DNA from: Eledone cirrhosa
Taxonomy: Eukaryota
DNA: 64,000 nt
Assembly: GCA_964016885.1 (NCBI GenBank)
Contig: OZ024756.1
Coordinates: 8,928,001 to 8,992,000 of the forward strand
Direction: 5' to 3'
A program made the translations under genes and the position numbers. Below, piece after piece: positions 12,945-26,900 of the stretch (position 1 is its first letter; the number at the start of each line of letters is the position of its first letter). The notes beneath the pieces were generated by a model. That model was not told the DNA's origin. It did not search any database and was given only the letters and a program-made list of their open reading frames with translations.

Positions 12945-13615
12945 ATTGCTACAAGGCCAACAATTGGGGGTGGGGGTGAGAGGGGATGTCGATTATATCA
13001 ACCCCAGTATTTAACTGGTACTTCATTATATCAACCCAGTACTTAACTGGTACTTCATTATATCAGCCCTAGTACTTTACTGGTACTTCATTATATCAAC
13101 CACCAGTACTTAACTGGTACTTTATTATATCAGCCCTAGTACTTTACTGGTACTTCATTATATCAACACCAGTATTTTACTGGTACTTTATTATATCAAC
13201 CCCAGTATTTAACTGGTACTTCATTATATCAACACCAGTACTTTACTGGTACTTTATTATATCAGCCCTAGTACTTTACTGGTACTTCATTATATCAACC
13301 ACCAGTACTTAACTGGTACTTTATTATATCAGCCCTAGTACTTTACTGGTACTTCATTATATCAACCACCAGTACTTAACTGGTACTTTATTATATCAGC
13401 CCTAGTACTTTACTGGTACTTCATTATATCAACACCAGTATTTTACTGGTACTTTATTATATCAACCCCAGTATTTAACTGGTACTTCATTATATCAACA
13501 CCAGTACTTTACTGGTACTTTATTTTATCGATCCCTGAATGATGAAAGGCAAAGTTGAAAATTGACCTTGGCGGGCTTTGAACCCTCAAAATAGTGAACC
13601 GTGACTAAATACCAC
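12945..13615 (-). mobile_element. SINE with an internal ~33-bp tandem amplification
   Basis: SINE tail and head flank ~16 copies of TTATATCAACCCCAGTATTTAACTGGTACTTCA (~12992-13522). Confidence 0.8.
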
Positions 13616-13758
13616 AAGGTACGAATAAATAATTCTTATTTTACAGCCGGGATTTCTTGTGAAAAATTAGTTGTCAAAGATAAATTTATGAATATGCAAC
13701 TGTCCTTCTGTAAATCAAATTAAACTGGCTCTACTTGATTCTTTTATTTCTCATTCTA

Positions 13759-13796
13759 TCCTCTGATGAAGGACTAGTGTCAGAAACGTTAAGAAT
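13759..13796 (+). ncRNA. Minimal hammerhead ribozyme motif (slightly degenerate)
   Basis: tcct-CTGATGA-aggac tagt gtca-GAAA-CG-TT-aaga; palindromic AACGTT stem III. Confidence 0.6.
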
Positions 13797-14049
13797 CTTT
13801 TTCTATTATTTCAAGCCTTAAACTAATATATTTCTTCAGTATACTGTTTCGTTTGCTTTGTTATTGCTGTTTATGTTTTACACACACACTCACACATACA
13901 CATACATATACACACACACACACATTTTACTTCTCTTCAGAATTGTATTTCACTTTCAGTCGTATCGGAATATTATCATAATATCATCATACAATATAAA
14001 AAGTTATATACACCATTGTTGGCGTCGGTGGGTGTATATATATATATAA

Positions 14050-14563
14050 TAATAAAGTTTGAATTCCTACGTGTAAAAAATACATATAGGGAAACAAGTA
14101 TTATCCAACCGTATGCCAATGTGGTTCTATGGCGGGTTAATAAATTAACATGCTGGAACATATAAAATCAAGGTCTAGCAAATAGAGAAAAAGTTTTAAA
14201 ATAAATTTTAAAAAATTCGCTGTACTTACTATATGTGCCTTTACCGCAGTTTCAAGCTCCAGAATAAACGGAAAATCCAAGCGGATTTTCATTGAGAAGG
14301 GAGCAATCTTCAGAAGGCTCATCTCCCTCAGAGAATATAAAATTGCCGAGTTCAAATCACAAACTGACGCCATACAAAACCATTCTCAAATGAGAGCGAA
14401 TGATGAAAGAAATAATTCTGTCTGGTGCCGTGTGCAAAGACTGGAAATCCGCTTGGATTTTCCGTTTATTCTGGAGCTTGAAACCGCGGTTTAGGCACAT
14501 ATAGTAAGTCAGCGAATTTTTTAAAATTTATTTAAAATTTTTTTCTCTATTTGCTAAACCTTG

Positions 14564-14570
<7 letters not shown>
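14050..14570 (-). mobile_element. Fold-back PLE-like relic (family D)
   Basis: ~130-bp inverted arms ~14161-14290 and ~14445-14570 between (TA)n tracts; HHR overlaps the left arm. Confidence 0.65.
14237..14318 (-). ncRNA. Hammerhead ribozyme with extended stem II
   Basis: Minus strand: gcctt-CTGAAGA-ttgctcc..ggagctt-GAAA-ctgcgg-TA-aaggc. Perfect 5-bp stem I and GUA triplet; the sister arm has palindromic ACCGCGGT. Confidence 0.75.
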
Positions 14571-14603
<33 letters not shown>

Positions 14604-14605
<2 letters not shown>

Positions 14606-14753
14606 AACCAGTAAGACCCCGACAGCTGAGCTCAAGCCGTTTCGACGGCTAATTCTGGACTCGAAACGGCTTGAGCTCAGCTGTCGGGGTCTTACTGGTT
14701 CCTATTACCCACTCTACTACCTCAAGTATTGAGTACTTTGGTGCGTTATGGTC
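14604..14753 (+). mobile_element. Second copy of fold-back family A (cut by the gap)
   Basis: Homologous to 1733-1882; palindrome 14604-14702 follows (TA)n. Confidence 0.7.
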
Positions 14754-14953
14754 NNNNNNNNNNNNNNNNNNNNNNNNNNNNNNNNNNNNNNNNNNNNNNN
14801 NNNNNNNNNNNNNNNNNNNNNNNNNNNNNNNNNNNNNNNNNNNNNNNNNNNNNNNNNNNNNNNNNNNNNNNNNNNNNNNNNNNNNNNNNNNNNNNNNNNN
14901 NNNNNNNNNNNNNNNNNNNNNNNNNNNNNNNNNNNNNNNNNNNNNNNNNNNNN
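14754..14953. other. Assembly gap (200 N)
   Basis: Run of N. Confidence 1.
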
Positions 14954-17900
14954 GACATGTGATAAGATCTTCAAGGTCGACAATACTGTCCTGCAGGGAC
15001 AGGTACTAGGAGGAGGGAAGAAAGACAGAAAGAAAATGGGAGGACAACATCCCGAATTGACTGACATGAGCTGGGTGAAACATGTTGGAGGACAGAGAGT
15101 GAGAGGAATGTAAGGAGCTGGTTACCAGGTCATCTGTGGTGACACAACAGTCCACCAGACTACAGGACAATGACAGGAATGTAAGGAGCTGGTTACCAGG
15201 TCATCTGTGGTGACACAACAGTCCACCAGACTACAGGACAGTGACAGGAATGTAAGGAGCTGGTTACCAGGTCATCTGTGGTGACACAACTGTCCACCAG
15301 ACTACAGGACAGTGACAGGAATGTAAGGAGCTGGTTACCAGGTCATCTGTGGTGACACAACTGTCCACCAGACTACAGGACAGTGAGAGGAATGTAAGGA
15401 GCTGGTTACCAGGTCATCTGTGGTGACACAACAGTCCACCAGACTACAGGACAGTGACAGGAATGTAAGGAGCTGGTTACCAGGTCATCTGTGGTGACAC
15501 AACAGTCCACCAGACTACAGGACAGTGACAGGAATGTAAGGAGCTGGTTACCAGGTCATCTGTGGTGACACAACTGTCCACCAGACTACAGGACAGTGAC
15601 AGGAATGTAAGGAGCTGGTTACCAGGTCATCTGTGGTGACACAACAGTCCACCAGACTACAGGACAGTGACAGGAATGTAAGGAGCTGGTTACCAGGTCA
15701 TCTGTGGTGACACAACAGTCCACCAGACTACAGGACAGTGACAGGAATGTAAGGAGCTGGTTACCAGGTCATCTGTGGTGACACAACAGTCCACCAGACT
15801 ACAGGACAGTGACAGGAATGTAAGGAGCTGGTTACCAGGTCATCTGTGGTGACACAACAGTCCACCAGACTACAGGACATGAGAGGAATGTAAGGAGCTG
15901 GTTACCAGGTCATCTGTGGTGACACAACTGTCCACCAGACTACAGGACAGTGAGAGGAATGTAAGGAGCTGGTTACCAGGTCATCTGTGGTGACACAACA
16001 GTCCACCAGACTACAGGACAGTGACAGGAAATGTAAGGAGCTGGTTACCAGGTCATCTGTGGTGACACAACAGTCCACCAGACTACAGGACATGAGAGGA
16101 ATGTAAGGAGCTGGTTACCAGGTCATCTGTGGTGACACAACAGTCCACCAGACTACAGGACAGTGACAGGAATGTAAGGAGCTGGTTACCAGGTCATCTG
16201 TGGTGACACAACTGTCCACCAGACTACAGGACATGAGAGGAATGTAAGGAGCTGGTTACCAGGTCATCTGTGGTGACACAACTGTCCACCAGACTACAGG
16301 ACAGTGACAGGAATGTAAGGAGCTGGTTACCAGGTCATCTGTGGTGACACAACAGTCCACCAGACTACAGGACAGTGACAGGAATGTAAGGAGCTGGTTA
16401 CCAGGTCATCTGTGGTGACACAACAGTCCACCAGACTACAGGACAGTGACAGGAATGTAAAGGAGCTGGTTACCAGGTCATCTGTGGTGACACAACAGTC
16501 CACCAGACTACAGGACAGTGACAGGAATGTAAGGAGCTGGTTACCAGGTCATCTGTGGTGACACAACAGTCCACCAGACTACAGGACAGTGACAGGAATG
16601 TAAGGAGCTGGTTACCAGGTCATCTGTGGTGACACAACAGTCCACCAGACTACAGGACAGTGACAGGAATGTAAGGAGCTGGTTACCAGGTCATCTGTGG
16701 TGACACAACAGTCCACCAGACTACAGGACAATGACAGGAATGTAAGGAGCTGGTTACCAGGTCATCTGTGGTGACACAACAGTCCACCAGACTACAGGAC
16801 AGTGACAGGAATGTAAGGAGCTGGTTACCAGGTCATCTGTGGTGACACAACAGTCCACCAGACTACAGACAGTGACAGGAATGTAAGGAGCTGGTTACCA
16901 GGTCATCTGTGGTGACACAACAGTCCACCAGACTACAGACAGTGACAGGAATGTAAGGAGCTGGTTACCAGGTCATCTGTGGTGACACAACAGTCCACCA
17001 GACTACAGGACATTGACAGGAATGTAAGGAGCTGGTTACCAGGTCATCTGTGGTGACACAACAGTCCACCAGACTACAGGACAATGACAGGAATGTAAGG
17101 AGCTGGTTACCAGGTCATCTGTGGTGACACAACAGTCCACCAGACTACAGGACAGTGACAGGAATGTAAGGAGCTGGTTACCAGGTCATCTGTGGTGACA
17201 CAACAGTCCACCAGACTACAGGACAATGACAGGAATGTAAGGAGCTGGTTACCAGGTCATCTGTGGTGACACAACAGTCCACCAGACTACAGGACAGTGA
17301 CAGGAATGTAAGGAGCTGGTTACCAGGTCATCTGTGGTGACACAACAGTCCACCAGACTACAGGACAGTGACAGGAATGTAAGGAGCTGGTTACCAGGTC
17401 ATCTGTGGTGACACAACAGTCCACCAGACTACAGGACAGATGACAGGAATGTAAGGAGCTGGTTACCAGGTCATCTGTGGTGACACAACAGTCCACCAGA
17501 CTACAGGACAATGACAGGAATGTAAGGAGCTGGTTACCAGGTCATCTGTGGTGACACAACAGTCCACCAGACTACAGGACAGTGACAGGAATGTAAGGAG
17601 CTGGTTACCAGGTCATCTGTGGTGACACAACAGTCCACCAGACTACAGGACAGTGACAGGAATGTAAGGAGCTGGTTACCAGGTCATCTGTGGTGACACA
17701 ACAGTCCACCAGACTACAGGACAATGACAGGAATGTAAGGAGCTGGTTACCAGGTCATCTGTGGTGACACAACAGTCCACCAGACTACAGGACAGTGACA
17801 GGAATGTAAGGAGCTGGTTACCAGGTCATCTGTGGTGACACAACAGTCCACCAGACTACAGGACAATGACAGGAATGTAAGGAGCTGGTTACCAGGTCAT

Positions 17901-20900
17901 CTGTGGTGACACAACAGTCCACCAGACTACAGGACAGTGACAGGAATGTAAGGAGCTGGTTACCAGGTCATCTGTGGTGACACAACAGTCCACCAGACTA
18001 CAGGACAATGACAGGAATGTAAGGAGCTGGTTACCAGGTCATCTGTGGTGACACAACAGTCCACCAGACTACAGACAGTGACAGGAATGTAAGGAGCTGG
18101 TTACCAGGTCATCTGTGGTGACACAACAGTCCACCAGACTACAGGACAATGACAGGAATGTAAGGAGCTGGTTACCAGGTCATCTGTGGTGACACAACAG
18201 TCCACCAGACTACAGGACAAGTGACAGGAATGTAAGGAGCTGGTTACCAGGTCATCTGTGGTGACACAACAGTCCACCAGACTACAGGACAGTGACAGGA
18301 ATGTAAGGAGCTGGTTACCAGGTCATCTGTGGTGACACAACAGTCCACCAGACTACAGGACAATGACAGGAATGTAAGGAGCTGGTTACCAGGTCATCTG
18401 TGGTGACACAACAGTCCACCAGACTACAGGACAGTGACAGGAATGTAAGGAGCTGGTTACCAGGTCATCTGTGGTGACACAACAGTCCACCAGACTACTA
18501 GGACAGTGACAGGAATGTAAGGAGCTGGTTACCAGGTCATCTGTGGTGACACAACAGTCCACCAGACTACAGGACAATGACAGGAATGTAAGGAGCTGGT
18601 TACCAGGTCATCTGTGGTGACACAACAGTCCACCAGACTACTAGACAGTGACAGGAATGTAAGGAGCTGGTTACCAGGTCATCTGTGGTGACACAACAGT
18701 CCACCAGACTACAGGACAATGACAGGAATGTAAGGAGCTGGTTACCAGGTCATCTGTGGTGACACAACAGTCCACCAGACTACAGGACAGTGACAGGAAT
18801 GTAAGGAGCTGGTTACCAGGTCATCTGTGGTGACACAACAGTCCACCAGACTACAGGACAATGACAGGAATGTAAGGAGCTGGTTACCAGGTCATCTGTG
18901 GTGACACAACAGTCCACCAGACTACAGGACAGTGACAGGAATGTAAGGAGCTGGTTACCAGGTCATCTGTGGTGACACAACAGTCCACCAGACTACAGGA
19001 CAATGACAGGAATGTAAGGAGCTGGTTACCAGGTCATCTGTGGTGACACAACAGTCCACCAGACTACAGGACAGTGACAGGAATGTAAGGAGCTGGTTAC
19101 CAGGTCATCTGTGGTGACACAACAGTCCACCAGACTACAGGACAATGACAGGAATGTAAGGAGCTGGTTACCAGGTCATCTGTGGTGACACAACAGTCCA
19201 CCAGACTACAGGACAGTGACAGGAATGTAAGGAGCTGGTTACCAGGTCATCTGTGGTGACACAACAGTCCACCAGACTACAGGACAGTGACAGGAATGTA
19301 AGGAGCTGGTTACCAGGTCATCTGTGGTGACACAACAGTCCACCAGACTACAGGACAATGACAGGAATGTAAGGAGCTGGTTACCAGGTCATCTGTGGTG
19401 ACACAACAGTCCACCAGACTACAGGACAGTGACAGGAATGTAAGGAGCTGGTTACCAGGTCATCTGTGGTGACACAACAGTCCACCAGACTACAGGACAA
19501 TGACAGGAATGTAAGGAGCTGGTTACCAGGTCATCTGTGGTGACACAACAGTCCACCAGACTACAGGACAGTGACAGGAATGTAAGGAGCTGGTTACCAG
19601 GTCATCTGTGGTGACACAACAGTCCACCAGACTACAGGACAGTGACAGGAATGTAAGGAGCTGGTTACCAGGTCATCTGTGGTGACACAACAGTCCACCA
19701 GACTACAGGACAGTGACAGGAATGTAAGGAGCTGGTTACCAGGTCATCTGTGGTGACACAACAGTCCACCAGACTACAGGACAGTGACAGGAATGTAAGG
19801 AGCTGGTTACCAGGTCATCTGTGGTGACACAACAGTCCACCAGACTACAGGACAATGACAGGAATGTAAGGAGCTGGTTACCAGGTCATCTGTGGTGACA
19901 CAACAGTCCACCAGACTACAGGACAGTGACAGGAATGTAAGGAGCTGGTTACCAGGTCATCTGTGGTGACACAACAGTCCACCAGACTACAGGACAATGA
20001 CAGGAATGTAAGGAGCTGGTTACCAGGTCATCTGTGGTGACACAACAGTCCACCAGACTACAGGACAGTGACAGGAATGTAAGGAGCTGGTTACCAGGTC
20101 ATCTGTGGTGACACAACAGTCCACCAGACTACAGGACAGTGACAGGAATGTAAGGAGCTGGTTACCAGGTCATCTGTGGTGACACAACAGTCCACCAGAC
20201 TACAGGACAGTGACAGGAATGTAAGGAGCTGGTTACCAGGTCATCTGTGGTGACACAACAGTCCACCAGACTACAGGACAGTGACAGGAATGTAAGGAGC
20301 TGGTTACCAGGTCATCTGTGGTGACACAACAGTCCACCAGACTACAGGACAGTGACAGGAATGTAAGGAGCTGGTTACCAGGTCATCTGTGGTGACACAA
20401 CAGTCCACCAGACTACAGGACAGTGACAGGAATGTAAGGAGCTGGTTACCAGGTCATCTGTGGTGACACAACAGTCCACCAGACTACAGGACAGTGACAG
20501 GAATGTAAGGAGCTGGTTACCAGGTCATCTGTGGTGACACAACAGTCCACCAGACTACAGGACAGTGACAGGAATGTAAGGAGCTGGTTACCAGGTCATC
20601 TGTGGTGACACAACTGTCCACCAGACTACAGGACAGTGACAGGAATGTAAGGAGCTGGTTACCAGGTCATCTGTGGTGACACAACAGTCCACCAGACTAC
20701 AGGACAGTGACAGGAATGTAAGGAGCTGGTTACCAGGTCATCTGTGGTGACACAACAGTCCACCAGACTACAGGACAGTGACGAGGAATGTAAGGAGCTG
20801 GTTACCAGGTCATCTGTGGTGACACAACAGTCCACCAGACTACAGGACAGTGACAGGAATGTAAGGAGCTGGTTACCAGGTCATCTGTGGTGACACAACA

Positions 20901-23900
20901 GTCCACCAGACTACAGGACAGTGACAGGAATGTAAGGAGCTGGTTACCAGGTCATCTGTGGTGACACAACAGTCCACCAGACTACAGGACAGTGACAGGA
21001 ATGTAAGGAGCTGGTTACCAGGTCATCTGTGGTGACACAACAGTCCACCAGACTACAGGACATGACAGGAATGTAAGGAGCTGGTTACCAGGTCATCTGT
21101 GGTGACACAACTGTCCACCAGACTACAGGACAGTGACAGGAATGTAAGGAGCTGGTTACCAGGTCATCTGTGGTGACACAACAGTCCACCAGACTACAGG
21201 ACAGTGACAGGAATGTAAGGAGCTGGTTACCAGGTCATCTGTGGTGACACAACAGTCCACCAGACTACAGGACAGTGACAGGAATGTAAGGAGCTGGTTA
21301 CCAGGTCATCTGTGGTGACACAACAGTCCACCAGACTACAGGACAGTGACAGGAATGTAAGGAGCTGGTTACCAGGTCATCTGTGGTGACACAACAGTCC
21401 ACCAGACTACAGGACATGACAGGAATGTAAGGAGCTGGTTACCAGGTCATCTGTGGTGACACAACAGTCCACCAGACTACAGGACAGTGACAGGAATGTA
21501 AGGAGCTGGTTACCAGGTCATCTGTGGTGACACAACAGTCCACCAGACTACAGGACATGACAGGAATGTAAGGAGCTGGTTACCAGGTCATCTGTGGTGA
21601 CACAACAGTCCACCAGACTACAGGACAGTGACAGGAATGTAAGGAGCTGGTTACCAGGTCATCTGTGGTGACACAACAGTCCACCAGACTACAGGACATG
21701 ACGAGGAATGTAAGGAGCTGGTTACCAGGTCATCTGTGGTGACACAACAGTCCACCAGACTACAGGACAGTGACAGGAATGTAAGGAGCTGGTTACCAGG
21801 TCATCTGTGGTGACACAACAGTCCACCAGACTACAGGACATGACAGGAATGTAAGGAGCTGGTTACCAGGTCATCTGTGGTGACACAACAGTCCACCAGA
21901 CTACAGGACAGTGACAGGAATGTAAGGAGCTGGTTACCAGGTCATCTGTGGTGACACAACAGTCCACCAGACTACAGGACAGTGACAGGAATGTAAGGAG
22001 CTGGTTACCAGGTCATCTGTGGTGACACAACAGTCCACCAGACTACAGGACATGACAGGAATGTAAGGAGCTGGTTACCAGGTCATCTGTGGTGACACAA
22101 CAGTCCACCAGACTACAGGACAGTGACAGGAATGTAAGGAGCTGGTTACCAGGTCATCTGTGGTGACACAACAGTCCACCAGACTACGGGACATGAGAGG
22201 AATGTAAGGAGCTGGTTACCAGGTCATCTGTGGTGACACAACTGTCCACCAGACTACAGGACAGTGACAGGAATGTAAGGAGCTGGTTACCAGGTCATCT
22301 GTGGTGACACAACAGTCCACCAGACTACAGGACAGTGAGAGGAATGTAAGGAGCTGGTTACCAGGTCATCTGTGGTGACACAACTGTCCACCAGACTACA
22401 GGACAGTGACAGGAATGTAAGGAGCTGGTTACCAGGTCATCTGTGGTGACACAACAGTCCACCAGACTACAGGACAGTGACAGGAATGTAAGGAGCTGGT
22501 TACCAGGTCATCTGTGGTGACACAACAGTCCACCAGACTACAGGACAATGACAGGAATGTAAGGAGCTGGTTACCAGGTCATCTGTGGTGACACAACAGT
22601 CCACCAGACTACTAGACAGTGACAGGAATGTAAGGAGCTGGTTACCAGGTCATCTGTGGTGACACAACAGTCCACCAGACTACAGGACAATGACAGGAAT
22701 GTAAGGAGCTGGTTACCAGGTCATCTGTGGTGACACAACAGTCCACCAGACTACAGGACAATGACAGGAATGTAAGGAGCTGGTTACCAGGTCATCTGTG
22801 GTGACACAACAGTCCACCAGACTACAGGACAGTGACAGGAATGTAAGGAGCTGGTTACCAGGTCATCTGTGGTGACACAACAGTCCACCAGACTACAGGA
22901 CAATGACAGGAATGTAAGGAGCTGGTTACCAGGTCATCTGTGGTGACACAACAGTCCACCAGACTACAGGACAGTGACAGGAATGTAAGGAGCTGGTTAC
23001 CAGGTCATCTGTGGTGACACAACAGTCCACCAGACTACTAGACAGTGACAGGAATGTAAGGAGCTGGTTACCAGGTCATCTGTGGTGACACAACAGTCCA
23101 CCAGACTACAGGACAGTGACAGGAATGTAAGGAGCTGGTTACCAGGTCATCTGTGGTGACACAACAGTCCACCAGACTACAGGACATGACAGGAATGTAA
23201 GGAGCTGGTTACCAGGTCATCTGTGGTGACACAACAGTCCACCAGACTACAGGACAGTGACAGGAATGTAAGGAGCTGGTTACCAGGTCATCTGTGGTGA
23301 CACAACAGTCCACCAGACTACAGACAGTGACAGGAATGTAAGGAGCTGGTTACCAGGTCATCTGTGGTGACACAACAGTCCACCAGACTACAGGACAATG
23401 ACAGGAATGTAAGGAGCTGGTTACCAGGTCATCTGTGGTGACACAACAGTCCACCAGACTACAGGACAGTGACAGGAATGTAAGGAGCTGGTTACCAGGT
23501 CATCTGTGGTGACACAACAGTCCACCAGACTACAGGACAATGACAGGAATGTAAGGAGCTGGTTACCAGGTCATCTGTGGTGACACAACAGTCCACCAGA
23601 CTACAGGACAGTGACAGGAATGTAAGGAGCTGGTTACCAGGTCATCTGTGGTGACACAACAGTCCACCAGACTACAGGACAATGACAGGAATGTAAGGAG
23701 CTGGTTACCAGGTCATCTGTGGTGACACAACAGTCCACCAGACTACTAGGACAGTGACAGGAATGTAAGGAGCTGGTTACCAGGTCATCTGTGGTGACAC
23801 AACAGTCCACCAGACTACAGGACAATGACAGGAATGTAAGGAGCTGGTTACCAGGTCATCTGTGGTGACACAACAGTCCACCAGACTACAGGACAGTGAC

Positions 23901-26900
23901 AGGAATGTAAGGAGCTGGTTACCAGGTCATCTGTGGTGACACAACAGTCCACCAGACTACAGGACAGTGACAGGAATGTAAGGAGCTGGTTACCAGGTCA
24001 TCTGTGGTGACACAACAGTCCACCAGACTACAGGACAATGACAGGAATGTAAGGAGCTGGTTACCAGGTCATCTGTGGTGACACAACAGTCCACCAGACT
24101 ACAGGACAGTGACAGGAATGTAAGGAGCTGGTTACCAGGTCATCTGTGGTGACACAACAGTCCACCAGACTACAGGACAGTGACAGGAATGTAAGGAGCT
24201 GGTTACCAGGTCATCTGTGGTGACACAACAGTCCACCAGACTACAGGACAATGACAGGAATGTAAGGAGCTGGTTACCAGGTCATCTGTGGTGACACAAC
24301 AGTCCACCAGACTACTAGGACAGTGACAGGAATGTAAGGAGCTGGTTACCAGGTCATCTGTGGTGACACAACAGTCCACCAGACTACAGGACAATGACAG
24401 GAATGTAAGGAGCTGGTTACCAGGTCATCTGTGGTGACACAACAGTCCACCAGACTACAGGACAGTGACAGGAATGTAAGGAGCTGGTTACCAGGTCATC
24501 TGTGGTGACACAACAGTCCACCAGACTACAGGACAATGACAGGAATGTAAGGAGCTGGTTACCAGGTCATCTGTGGTGACACAACAGTCCACCAGACTAC
24601 AGGACAGTGACAGGAATGTAAGGAGCTGGTTACCAGGTCATCTGTGGTGACACAACAGTCCACCAGACTACAGGACAATGACAGGAATGTAAGGAGCTGG
24701 TTACCAGGTCATCTGTGGTGACACAACAGTCCACCAGACTACAGGACAGTGACAGGAATGTAAGGAGCTGGTTACCAGGTCATCTGTGGTGACACAACAG
24801 TCCACCAGACTACAGGACAGTGACAGGAATGTAAGGAGCTGGTTACCAGGTCATCTGTGGTGACACAACAGTCCACCAGACTACAGGACAGTGACAGGAA
24901 TGTAAGGAGCTGGTTACCAGGTCATCTGTGGTGACACAACTGTCCACCAGACTACAGACAGTGACAGGAATGTAAGGAGCTGGTTACCAGGTCATCTGTG
25001 GTGACACAACAGTCCACCAGACTACAGGACAATGACAGGAATGTAAGGAGCTGGTTACCAGGTCATCTGTGGTGACACAACAGTCCACCAGACTACAGGA
25101 CAGTGACAGGAATGTAAGGAGCTGGTTACCAGGTCATCTGTGGTGACACAACAGTCCACCAGACTACAGGACAATGACAGGAATGTAAGGAGCTGGTTAC
25201 CAGGTCATCTGTGGTGACACAACAGTCCACCAGACTACAGGACAGTGACAGGAATGTAAGGAGCTGGTTACCAGGTCATCTGTGGTGACACAACAGTCCA
25301 CCAGACTACAGGACAGTGACAGGAATGTAAGGAGCTGGTTACCAGGTCATCTGTGGTGACACAACAGTCCACCAGACTACAGGACAGTGACAGGAATGTA
25401 AGGAGCTGGTTACCAGGTCATCTGTGGTGACACAACAGTCCACCAGACTACAGGACAGTGACAGGAATGTAAGGAGCTGGTTACCAGGTCATCTGTGGTG
25501 ACACAACAGTCCACCAGACTACAGGACAATGACAGGAATGTAAGGAGCTGGTTACCAGGTCATCTGTGGTGACACAACAGTCCACCAGACTACAGGACAG
25601 TGACAGGAATGTAAGGAGCTGGTTACCAGGTCATCTGTGGTGACACAACAGTCCACCAGACTACAGGACAATGACAGGAATGTAAGGAGCTGGTTACCAG
25701 GTCATCTGTGGTGACACAACAGTCCACCAGACTACAGGACAATGACAGGAATGTAAGGAGCTGGTTACCAGGTCATCTGTGGTGACACAACAGTCCACCA
25801 GACTACAGGACAATGACAGGAATGTAAGGAGCTGGTTACCAGGTCATCTGTGGTGACACAACAGTCCACCAGACTACAGGACAGTGACAGGAATGTAAGG
25901 AGCTGGTTACCAGGTCATCTGTGGTGACACAACAGTCCACCAGACTACAGGACAGTGACAGGAATGTAAGGAGCTGGTTACCAGGTCATCTGTGGTGACA
26001 CAACAGTCCACCAGACTACAGGACATGAGAGGAATGTAAGGAGCTGGTTACCAGGTCATCTGTGGTGACACAACTGTCCACCAGACTACAGGACAGTGAC
26101 AGGAATGTAAGGAGCTGGTTACCAGGTCATCTGTGGTGACACAACTGTCCACCAGACTACTAGACAGTGACAGGAATGTAAGGAGCTGGTTACCAGGTCA
26201 TCTGTGGTGACACAACAGTCCACCAGACTACAGGACATGAGAGGAATGTAAGGAGCTGGTTACCAGGTCATCTGTGGTGACACAACTGTCCACCAGACTA
26301 CAGGACAGTGACAGGAATGTAAGGAGCTGGTTACCAGGTCATCTGTGGTGACACAACTGTCCACCAGACTACTAGACAGTGACAGGAATGTAAGGAGCTG
26401 GTTACCAGGTCATCTGTGGTGACACAACAGTCCACCAGACTACAGGACATGAGAGGAATGTAAGGAGCTGGTTACCAGGTCATCTGTGGTGACACAACTG
26501 TCCACCAGACTACAGGACAGTGACAGGAATGTAAGGAGCTGGTTACCAGGTCATCTGTGGTGACACAACTGTCCACCAGACTACAGGACATGAGAGGAAT
26601 GTAAGGAGCTGGTTACCAGGTCATCTGTGGTGACACAACTGTCCACCAGACTACAGGACAGTGACAGGAATGTAAGGAGCTGGTTACCAGGTCATCTGTG
26701 GTGACACAACAGTCCACCAGACTACAGGACATGAGAGGAATGTAAGGAGCTGGTTACCAGGTCATCTGTGGTGACACAACTGTCCACCAGACTACAGGAC
26801 AGTGACAGGAATGTAATGAGCTGGTTACCAGGTCATCTGTGGTGACACAACAGTCCACCAGACTACAGGACATGAGAGGAATGTAAGGAGCTGGTTACCA

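Noticed and set aside
14671-15113. ORFs spanning X residues
   Set aside because: Artefacts of the 200-N gap; adjacency across the gap is unverified.
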